Shown in pieces: positions 5,926-13,764 of a stretch of DNA of 49,575 nt (positions are counted from its first letter, which is position 1; each line of letters begins with the position of its first letter). The notes below the pieces were generated by a model that was given only the letters and a program-made list of their open reading frames with translations, was not told the origin of the DNA and did not search any database. Where the stretch lies: positions 1 through 49,575 of the IMG/VR virus record IMGVR_UViG_3300035310_000011; one strand, given 5' to 3'. Position numbers and translations under genes: made by a program. Source of the stretch: a virus.

Positions 5926-6412
5926 GGTATTGGAGACGGAGAATGTCACGGAGAGGGTCGTTGAGAAGGCGGCGAGAGGTTATATCATGGGAACTACTTC
6001 TATCGGGCACTCACAGTTGGTGAGGAAGAAGTTGGAGGACAAGGTTGTAAAGCGCATAGGGAGAAAGGGAAAGTATCTGACGGACAAGCTGTTTGAGTTG
6101 ATTGACGGGATATACATGGTTGATAAGAGAACGGGAAAGGGTGGTATGGCGATAAAGTACTATAAGACTCCTCCGAGTTTAAGCGCCATCACTTACGCGC
6201 TGGACAGGGTGCTTGGGAAGCCGACGGTCCACACGGAGAACACAGAGGAGAGGAGAGGGGTTTTGTTGGTGGAACATATAATAAAGAACTTGGCAAATGG
6301 AAGAGGAAATGAGAACACAACTAGAGGAAGAGTTGGGGGAGAAGCTGCCCGAGGAGGATTCGGAGCGTATCCTGCCGAAGTCGACGAAGGAGTTGGTGCA
6401 GTCGCTCTATAA
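5888..6412 (+). CDS. terS: Putative terminase small subunit
   Basis: Lies immediately upstream of terL. PPSLSAITYALDRVLGKP resembles small-terminase C-terminal motifs. I prefer the start at MSMKDK (5888) over 5858. The 3-prime end overlaps terL by about 116 nt. Confidence 0.5.
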   Translation: MSMKDKMISIPLEVLETENVTERVVEKAARGYIMGTTSIGHSQLVRKKLEDKVVKRIGRKGKYLTDKLFELIDGIYMVDKRTGKGGMAIKYYKTPPSLSAITYALDRVLGKPTVHTENTEERRGVLLVEHIIKNLANGRGNENTTRGRVGGEAARGGFGAYPAEVDEGVGAVAL

Positions 6413-7838
6413 GGACGACTACGGGAATCCGTTTGTGATGACGGAGGGGCAGGAGGAGATATTTGATTGTATCTTTTACAAACAGTCCCCTGACGGGAAG
6501 AGAAGGATTCATATTGAAACGCATACGCAATACGGAAAATCAGACACTGTTGCTATGGCGGTTCTTACAAGGGCCTCGACATACCCGGAGAAGTGGGCAA
6601 TCGTCGCGCCGACGCAGTCGAAGGCGAAGATTATTATGGGGTATGTGATAAAGCACTTGTTCGAGAACGAGTACACTGCGGCGCGGTTTAAGATGTCCGA
6701 GGGGGAGAACGAAGAAAGAATAAGGAGAGAACGGTCTAAGAGCAGGCTCACTTTCGATATAGGGAGAAACCAGCTCGGGGAGGTGTTCATCTTGTCGGCG
6801 GAGTCTCGTCTTAAACGCGAGGAGGATGTCGGGAACGCGCTTATGGGATTTGGCGCTCCGAATCTTGTTGAAGACGAGGCTGCGTTGATAAGCGATGAAT
6901 CGGATGCGAAGGCCATGAGGATGGTGGGAGGGTTTACGCCCTTTGCTACGGATTTCGTGGTGAAGATTGGAAACCCGTTTACGCGGGGACACTTCCTGAA
7001 AAGTTACGAGGACGAGAACTATCACAAGATAGTCATAGACTATGAGAGGGGCATAAAGGAGGGAAGGATGACAAAGGACTTTATAGAGGAGATGAGGGCG
7101 AAGCCGTACTTTAGGGTTTTGTATGAGTGTAAGTTTCCGACTGAAGGGATGATTGATTCCGGCGGATGGTCCCAGCTCCTGTCAGAAGATGATGTTGACA
7201 GGGCATTGGATAAGGAACATACGGGCAAGCATGCGGGTGAACGGAGGCTGGGAACTGATGTGGCACGCGGGGGCGCGAACTACTCGGCATGGGTGTTGCG
7301 CTCGATGAACTTCATGGAAATGTTGGCGAAGTCGAAGTCGGACAACCTGATAGATACCGGCGCGCAGACGATGTTCTTTATGAAAGATAAGGCGGTACTG
7401 TCGGAAAATACTTTCATAGATGATGTCGGAGTAGGAGGGGGAGTAGCGGATTTTTTAAAAAAAGAGAAGAAGAATGTGCGGGGAACAAATGTGGGTCATG
7501 TCGCGGTAGAGGATACGAAGTTTGCGAACATGCGGGCGGAAGCCTACTGGAGATTGCGGGAATGGATTAAGAGGGGAGGGAAGTTATCGGATCACGATGA
7601 GTGGTACCAGTTGACAAAAATAAAATATAAGCCGGACACAAAAGGCCGTCTGCGAGTTATGTCAAAGGACGACATGCGGTCTATCGGGGTGGATTCGCCC
7701 GATGTGGCGGACGCAGCGATGCTGACATTCGTTCGAAGCGAGCATAGCGAAATCGCGCGACACAAAAAGTTGCGGATGATGAAGAAGAAAAAAATTGTAA
7801 AAGGCAGGGGTCTTCACGTGACTATGGGAGGGTATTAA
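6297..7838 (+). CDS. terL: Terminase large subunit
   Basis: Walker A-like HTQYGKSD, Walker B LVEDEAALI, and a C-terminal nuclease-like segment GTDVARGGANYSAWVL. 513 aa and placed before the portal-sized gene. An alternative start lies at 6438. Confidence 0.8.
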   Translation: MEEEMRTQLEEELGEKLPEEDSERILPKSTKELVQSLYKDDYGNPFVMTEGQEEIFDCIFYKQSPDGKRRIHIETHTQYGKSDTVAMAVLTRASTYPEKWAIVAPTQSKAKIIMGYVIKHLFENEYTAARFKMSEGENEERIRRERSKSRLTFDIGRNQLGEVFILSAESRLKREEDVGNALMGFGAPNLVEDEAALISDESDAKAMRMVGGFTPFATDFVVKIGNPFTRGHFLKSYEDENYHKIVIDYERGIKEGRMTKDFIEEMRAKPYFRVLYECKFPTEGMIDSGGWSQLLSEDDVDRALDKEHTGKHAGERRLGTDVARGGANYSAWVLRSMNFMEMLAKSKSDNLIDTGAQTMFFMKDKAVLSENTFIDDVGVGGGVADFLKKEKKNVRGTNVGHVAVEDTKFANMRAEAYWRLREWIKRGGKLSDHDEWYQLTKIKYKPDTKGRLRVMSKDDMRSIGVDSPDVADAAMLTFVRSEHSEIARHKKLRMMKKKKIVKGRGLHVTMGGY

Positions 7839-7840
7839 AA

Positions 7841-8263
7841 ATGAGAAATGAAAATGAAAAATCGATTAAAAAACTTCCTGAAGCGAGTTATCCGATTACT
7901 AATGTTCCCGACTTGGTTTATTGGAAAGAAGAATATGAGGGCAGTCTAACAAGTCACACTGTGGCGTTTAAGTGGAGGGGCATGCTGTTTGGGGAGACAT
8001 GGCCGATAGAGGATGAGATGCGCGTAAACTGGGACAGGAGAAGATTGATTATGAAGGTTAAGGAGGCCCTGGACGTATTAGTGCATCATGGGAAGGAAGC
8101 GCTCGATAGCATGGGAAATGTTGATCCCCGATTAGTGGCGGATCAGGAGGCTATACGGCTCAAGAGAGATCCGATATGGCGCGAGAGAATATTGGCGCTT
8201 GAGAAAGTTTTAAGGATTAAAGATATTACAAGGGAAGAAGCAGTAAAAATGGGATATTTATAA
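7841..8263 (+). CDS. Hypothetical protein (140 aa)
   Basis: Tightly packed ORF between terL and the portal candidate. Confidence 0.65.
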   Translation: MRNENEKSIKKLPEASYPITNVPDLVYWKEEYEGSLTSHTVAFKWRGMLFGETWPIEDEMRVNWDRRRLIMKVKEALDVLVHHGKEALDSMGNVDPRLVADQEAIRLKRDPIWRERILALEKVLRIKDITREEAVKMGYL

Positions 8264-8267
8264 AACA

Positions 8268-10298
8268 ATGGCTGAAGATATAGGAATGGAGACGGCAGAA
8301 TCAAAACTTCCGGCATACAATCCGACCAAAAAACAAAAGGAGCGTATTCGCTTTGTCTATGATGAGCGTTCCGAGATGATCACAAAGAGGGACCAGCCGT
8401 ATGCGCAGTTTAATGATAGAAATTTAAGAGAGTTCATTGACGACTCCGAGAAGCGGTTGAACGCCTATGTCATTGATAAGGCGGCGCAGGGGAAGGAAGA
8501 CTGGCAGGCGAACTTTGCGACAAGGGTATACGCGAACAAGGCGAAAGCGCTTCTTGCCGCAACATCGCGCTCTCTTCCGGACATTCGTTGGAAGGCGGTA
8601 AACGAAGAAGATGGGGAGGACTATTTTTGCGGAGACGTAATGAGGCGCTTGGTTCAGCATTCATACAACCAGGGGAATCCACAGGAGGATATGTTCTTCT
8701 TGGGGTGGAGCAACATAGCGCATGGGACCGTTCTTAGTTATGAGGGATATGAGAAACAGACCTTTTCTAAAAAAAGGATTAAGGCCTTTGACTTAATGAC
8801 GGGAGATGTTGAAGAGGAAGAAACGCAGAAGGTTTCTGATGGGGAGCCGGTGAGTTTTGAAGTTCAGTTGATGGGCCTGTTGATCAAGAACTTTTACATA
8901 AGAGACATACAGGAACAGCCGGCAATTATTTGGGAAGGTTATTATGCCGACAAGGAGCGCTTCGATGCTTCGTTTAAAAGGTATCCAAACTCGAAATTTG
9001 TAAAGGACATTGTAGAAATGAAGCCAGAAGAATACGATACTTTTTTTCATAAACACTATCAGGAAAGCGCCTTGAATGGGAAGGGATATGTGGTGAGTAG
9101 ATACATAAATAAGTACAAGGACATTTATCGAATCATCGCGAACGGAGTTGAATTGTATAACGGTTCTATGCCTTGGGTTGATGTGACTAGGAAGCACTTG
9201 GGAAAAAAGGCATATCCTATAGCGAAGACCATTTTTGAGCCATTTGCTAATACGGACTTTTTTTACGGAAACTCGCAACCAAATTCGGCGATGGGAGAGG
9301 GAGATGTTTTAAATACTTTTTACAATACCGCGGTTGATAAGGAATATCGCGCAATGGTCCCACCCCTTTTGATAGGGCAAGTGAATAAAGATATGCTTGA
9401 TTTGGAGGATGAGATTGTTGCCGGAGATACAAAGATTTATGTTGATGACATCAATCAGGTAAAGCAGATGGAGCTTAGGGGAGTTTCGGATTCTAATATA
9501 AAAATGATTGATTTAATTTCCAGAAATCTTGATCTTACTTTGCTTGATCCGCAGCAACAGGGAGTTCCGCAGAAGTATATTACTGCTCGGGCCGCGCTTG
9601 CCGCGGACGAGAGGGCGCGCCAGTTAAAGGGAGTTTTCTTCATGTTTATGGAATCGTTGTGGTTGCAAAAGGTAAGATTGCGAGCGGCAAATATTCTTTT
9701 ATCTTATACCAGGCCGAAGCTCGTTAAGGTTATCGGAGAGGATGGGACGGTTAAATTGTTTGAGAAGTTTAAGCGGTATGATGTGGGAAACTCTGAACTC
9801 TCGGACGGCTCTAAGGGAACGATGTCCATTAGGTTTGCGGACCGTAAGGATATGGACATACAACAACTTCAGAGAGGGATTGAAGCGGAAGAAGAAGAAT
9901 CCGTAATGGCGGGCAAGCCGATGGAGGCGATGATTCTGCCATACGATAAGTTGGAAAATCTTTCATACAGCGCCGAAATTATACCGGAAACTTTGTGGCA
10001 GTCGTCACAGGCAATCAATATGGCGATGGCGATTGAAAAAATAGAGATTACAAGAACAAACTTCCCGGAGATATTCGCGAACAATAAAGAGATATTTTTT
10101 AAAGATTTGATTAAGAATTATAATGATGACCCGGAGCGTTACAATATTGGGGAGTTGATGGGATTTGAGGACGAGCAAGGGTTGGAACTTGCGGGTTTGT
10201 TAGGAGGAAAACAAAGTCCTACCGGCGAGAGTCGGGTAGCATCCGACATAAACGGGGTCGATCAGGGCAACAGATTAAGTAATTTAGTTGAACAGTAA
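8268..10298 (+). CDS. Putative portal protein
   Basis: 676-aa ORF right after terL, in the position and size range typical of portals. No motif confirmed. Confidence 0.55.
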   Translation: MAEDIGMETAESKLPAYNPTKKQKERIRFVYDERSEMITKRDQPYAQFNDRNLREFIDDSEKRLNAYVIDKAAQGKEDWQANFATRVYANKAKALLAATSRSLPDIRWKAVNEEDGEDYFCGDVMRRLVQHSYNQGNPQEDMFFLGWSNIAHGTVLSYEGYEKQTFSKKRIKAFDLMTGDVEEEETQKVSDGEPVSFEVQLMGLLIKNFYIRDIQEQPAIIWEGYYADKERFDASFKRYPNSKFVKDIVEMKPEEYDTFFHKHYQESALNGKGYVVSRYINKYKDIYRIIANGVELYNGSMPWVDVTRKHLGKKAYPIAKTIFEPFANTDFFYGNSQPNSAMGEGDVLNTFYNTAVDKEYRAMVPPLLIGQVNKDMLDLEDEIVAGDTKIYVDDINQVKQMELRGVSDSNIKMIDLISRNLDLTLLDPQQQGVPQKYITARAALAADERARQLKGVFFMFMESLWLQKVRLRAANILLSYTRPKLVKVIGEDGTVKLFEKFKRYDVGNSELSDGSKGTMSIRFADRKDMDIQQLQRGIEAEEEESVMAGKPMEAMILPYDKLENLSYSAEIIPETLWQSSQAINMAMAIEKIEITRTNFPEIFANNKEIFFKDLIKNYNDDPERYNIGELMGFEDEQGLELAGLLGGKQSPTGESRVASDINGVDQGNRLSNLVEQ

Positions 10299-10304
10299 AA
10301 TGAG

Positions 10305-10634
10305 ATGGTTAAAAATTTAATAATTCGGATTCTTTTCCGGCTTTCGGACTCTGCCTTTCCTGTTGATTATAAAAGTATCAATAAGAAGGCGCTTGAGGAC
10401 TGGGCTTACGATAGTTTCGATCACCCCGGATGGAGAAGTTATTTTGCTTACGAGGATTTAAAAATATTAAAAGAACTCGCGCGCGGGCATGGACGCGATA
10501 GTTACATGATATTGATAGGCCGTCGTATGCAACTCCTTCACTTATTTGATGAGATGCGCAAGTCATTTGAACTAAAGAAATCAGCAGAGGAAAAAAGGCT
10601 ATCAGCGGAGAAAAAAAATGCCAAAAAAGCTTGA
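10305..10634 (+). CDS. Hypothetical protein (109 aa)
   Basis: ORF in the head module. Confidence 0.55.
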   Translation: MVKNLIIRILFRLSDSAFPVDYKSINKKALEDWAYDSFDHPGWRSYFAYEDLKILKELARGHGRDSYMILIGRRMQLLHLFDEMRKSFELKKSAEEKRLSAEKKNAKKA

Positions 10635-10755
10635 AAAAAAACTGAAAAGAACCGCGAAGAAGAAGGGTTTCGGCAAGAAGAGAACCGGAGCGTACGTTTA
10701 TGGGACTCTTCGTAAAATGGGAGGGAAGCTAAGTAAAAGTAAAAAGTCAAAGTAG
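10618..10755 (+). CDS. Small lysine-rich basic protein (45 aa: MPKKLEKKLKRTAKKKGFGKKRTGAYVYGTLRKMGGKLSKSKKSK)
   Basis: Translated by hand. Below the ORF-track length cutoff. Overlaps the preceding stop. Confidence 0.4.
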   Translation: MPKKLEKKLKRTAKKKGFGKKRTGAYVYGTLRKMGGKLSKSKKSK

Positions 10756-10772
10756 TTATTATTAAACAGTAA

Positions 10773-11207
10773 ATGAGTAACATGAAAACATTAAAAATCA
10801 AAAGAGTATTCTGCTATGTAATACATTTGGCTATCAAGAATGTTGCGCCTAAAGATTTTCCTACCGTTGGAGAAATCAAGTCAACAATTAAGGAGATTTT
10901 GCCGGCGCTACAGGAGCCTATCGGGGAGTATCTAGGGTTTGTGGATGAGGCGCGGGAGATCAGGCAGAAGTTTGACGCAAAAGAATTAAGCGAAGAAGCG
11001 TCTGCTAAGGAAGTGGAAAAACTTAATGAGAAGTGGAGAGAGTACGGCAAAGCGCACGGGGAGGAGATTGTGGAGATAAAGCTAGAGAAGGAAGCGTTCG
11101 ACTTCTTTAAGGGGCAGTTTGAAAGAGAGACTTGGGGAAAGAACTGGATGGTCAATATCGAGGAGTACATGGAACTTAATGATGCGTTTGACGAGGCGGC
11201 TAAGTAA
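10773..11207 (+). CDS. Hypothetical acidic protein (144 aa)
   Basis: ORF in the head module. Confidence 0.6.
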   Translation: MSNMKTLKIKRVFCYVIHLAIKNVAPKDFPTVGEIKSTIKEILPALQEPIGEYLGFVDEAREIRQKFDAKELSEEASAKEVEKLNEKWREYGKAHGEEIVEIKLEKEAFDFFKGQFERETWGKNWMVNIEEYMELNDAFDEAAK

Positions 11208-11230
11208 ATTAAAAATTTATACCAAAATGA

Positions 11231-11341
11231 GAACAGCTAGTGGGAAGCTGCTTCCTGTTGGTGTGCAGTGGGTGGGTTTTCATCTCATTTGCTCACCCTA
11301 AGTACACCAGTAGGACGCAGTTCCCCACAAGGGACTGTTTC
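11231..11341 (+). other. Long imperfect hairpin of about 110 nt in the intergenic region upstream of the scaffold-like gene
   Basis: 5-prime arm gaacagctagtgggaagctgcttcctgttggtgtgcagtgggtggg pairs, with G-U pairs and bulges, to 3-prime arm ctcaccctaagtacaccagtaggacgcagttccccacaagggactgtttc. Confidence 0.5.
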
Positions 11342-11393
11342 TTTATCGGTATAGGCCGTTGAGCAACTCGGCTTAAAACAGGCTTTAAAACAT

Positions 11394-12113
11394 ATGCCAG
11401 AAGAAAACAAGGACTTAAAAGGGGGCGAAGGTCAGCCCGGAGGAGATGGTCAGCCTCTAAAGACCGGCGGGGGCAGTGGCGCCGAAGAAACGATCACTGT
11501 CAAAAAATCGGATTACGATAAGCTGAACTCCGATCTTGTCAACTACCGCAATGTCGCTTTAAAAGTTAAAGCTGACGAGCGGGATTTGAAAAAAGCGAGT
11601 GGGGAAGGAGACGGCGGCACGGGTAACACCATGGACGAGGCTAAGGTAAAGGAAATTTCCAGAGCCGAAGCGTCGTCTTTGATGGGACAGACTCGGAAAT
11701 CAAACGAGTCGCGCGCTAAAAAATCCTTCTTGGAGCATCACAAAGAATATATTGATGATGTTTGGTGGAACGGTTTGGTTTCTCATTTGCGTTTGCGCGG
11801 CGATGAAGCCACTCCGGAAGACTACTCTGATCGTTTAGAGGAGGCAATTCTTCTTCATAAGAGGGAGAGTGGTCAACTCGAAGGTTATCTGAAATCCGAA
11901 CACGAGCGCGGAAAGCGCGAGGGCAGGATTGAATCAGAATTTGATTCTGCTCAAAACGCCGGAGGCGCTGGCGATAGAGGCGGAGAAGGTTCCGGCTCCG
12001 CCGGCACTCTTTCTCCAAAAGGAGAAGAGATGGCTAGAGGAATGCACATTGATCCAGAAACAGCGAGGAAAGTCGATCCCTCCAAGGACAATGTGATAGA
12101 TGTAACAAAGTAA
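11394..12113 (+). CDS. Putative scaffolding protein
   Basis: 239 aa, Gly-rich N-terminus then highly charged. Lies between the portal and capsid candidates. Confidence 0.4.
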   Translation: MPEENKDLKGGEGQPGGDGQPLKTGGGSGAEETITVKKSDYDKLNSDLVNYRNVALKVKADERDLKKASGEGDGGTGNTMDEAKVKEISRAEASSLMGQTRKSNESRAKKSFLEHHKEYIDDVWWNGLVSHLRLRGDEATPEDYSDRLEEAILLHKRESGQLEGYLKSEHERGKREGRIESEFDSAQNAGGAGDRGGEGSGSAGTLSPKGEEMARGMHIDPETARKVDPSKDNVIDVTK

Positions 12114-12174
12114 TTGGAAGTGAAATTGCTTACAGCCGTTTAGCGGTTGGGAGTGAAATCGCTAACAAATTAAA

Positions 12175-12600
12175 ATGGCTATCAGATTATTTCGTGAAAA
12201 CGGAAGCGGTTGCCATCTTGAGTGGTACGAGAAAACTGCGTCAACTGCGTTCACATTTGACGACCCGATTGCTATTGGAGCAGCGGGTCGGCTTGTGGAT
12301 TATACCGCAGGTGGAGCTTTCCCGTTTCTTGGTTTAATCCAAAGAACATGGGCTGCGGACGATGCCACAACCACAAGGACTCCGGTTCTTGTATGTGGAG
12401 AAGCCGCGGAGTATTTGATTGATGCTACAACAACTGCAGCTGCCCTGACTGATGTCGGCGAGTATGTCGACTATGTCGCGGCAACACTGTCGGTAAATGT
12501 TGGTGCGTCAGCAAACGACGAGTTCTATATTACGGGTTTTCTTTCTACTGTTCTTGTGATTGGCAAGCTTCGCCGAAGACTGCCTGGATTGTTTGAATAA
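12175..12600 (+). CDS. Hypothetical head-module protein (possible decoration/cement protein)
   Basis: 141-aa Ala/Thr/Gly-rich ORF directly before the capsid candidate. Call is by position only. Confidence 0.3.
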   Translation: MAIRLFRENGSGCHLEWYEKTASTAFTFDDPIAIGAAGRLVDYTAGGAFPFLGLIQRTWAADDATTTRTPVLVCGEAAEYLIDATTTAAALTDVGEYVDYVAATLSVNVGASANDEFYITGFLSTVLVIGKLRRRLPGLFE

Positions 12601-12653
12601 AGCAGTCGGGTTGATCTTTCGTTATAGTTAAATAGAAATGAGAATAGAAATCC

Positions 12654-13637
12654 ATGCCTTTACTTACGACACAATTTAACGACCTTGTCAAGAATGCCTT
12701 GGTCTCGTGGCGTGAGGGGTATGAGTCCGTTCCAGCAGCTGCTAGGGAACTCTACGACGTAGTAGATAATCCATGGCAGACATCGGAGCATTCGCAGATT
12801 GATCCCCCGGGTTTTGCCCGAAGGAAAGATCAGGGCTCCGCGTACACTATCGGTTCACCAAGACAGAATTATTTGCTTACTCTCACAAAGGCTAGAATCG
12901 GTTTAAGAGATTCTATAACTTGGGAGATGAGAAAATATGACAAGTATCGTGAAATCGAGAAGCGTATGCGCGGCCTGGGCGAATCCTCCGCAATGAGGAT
13001 CGAACTCGACCTCACGCACATGTTCACCTTTGGTCTTCAGGGCGCGTCCTATACTAATATGGACGGCGAAACGGTAAACACGCAGTCGGCTGATGCTGTA
13101 GCGTTGTTTTCAAACAGCCACACCATTACCGGAAGCGCTACCCTCGTCGATAACCTTAATGGTACGCTTGCGTTCAACAGGACCAACCTTGAACTCGGAG
13201 AACGACTATTCGCAAACATGGTCAACATGAACGATGTAAAAGTTGTTCCAAAGCCAGATATGATTATCAGTTCTGATGATCCAGCGCTCGTTAATGCTAT
13301 CGGTGAGTTCTTGAAGTCTCAAGACGCTCCCGACACGGCAGAACGAGCGGTAAACGTTTATCGGGGAAAGTTTAAGCACCTTATTCTTCCTTTGCTCGCA
13401 ACCACGGCTGCCGGAGCTCCGTCAGCAACGGGCCGGTTCTACTGGATGCTAGCAGACACAAAGAAGAAAGACGCGATTGTGGAATACTCGGAAATGCCAA
13501 CCTTTACTGCGCCAAGTCCCGGCGGAAACGGCGAGGACTTTGACACGGATGATTGGAAGTTCAAGAGTTCCGCATCATACGCTTATGGAATACTTGACTA
13601 TAAGTGGATAGTTGGTGCGGCGGCCACAGCGGTCTAA
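12654..13637 (+). CDS. Putative major capsid protein
   Basis: 327 aa, follows the scaffold-like gene and is followed by a strong hairpin. Call rests on position and size. Confidence 0.5.
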   Translation: MPLLTTQFNDLVKNALVSWREGYESVPAAARELYDVVDNPWQTSEHSQIDPPGFARRKDQGSAYTIGSPRQNYLLTLTKARIGLRDSITWEMRKYDKYREIEKRMRGLGESSAMRIELDLTHMFTFGLQGASYTNMDGETVNTQSADAVALFSNSHTITGSATLVDNLNGTLAFNRTNLELGERLFANMVNMNDVKVVPKPDMIISSDDPALVNAIGEFLKSQDAPDTAERAVNVYRGKFKHLILPLLATTAAGAPSATGRFYWMLADTKKKDAIVEYSEMPTFTAPSPGGNGEDFDTDDWKFKSSASYAYGILDYKWIVGAAATAV

Positions 13638-13692
13638 TGAGATGAGTCAAATGAGCTAAATGAGGTATTGGGTCACTTAAAATTTATTTTCA

Positions 13693-13754
13693 GACGGAGA
13701 GATGCCGCTTCTTATCTTCTTGTGACCAAAGAGATCATTAGCGATCTCTCCGTC
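13693..13754 (+). other. Stem-loop after the capsid gene (gacggagagat ... atctctccgtc, 11-bp perfect stem with a loop of about 40 nt)
   Basis: Read directly. No T-run follows. Confidence 0.55.
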
Positions 13755-13764
13755 CATAAAAACT

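Noticed and set aside
5858-6438. Programmed frameshift linking terS and terL (116-nt overlap)
   Set aside because: I saw no slippery heptamer. The overlap is more simply explained by uncertainty in the terL start (an alternative ATG lies at 6438) or by a long overlap.
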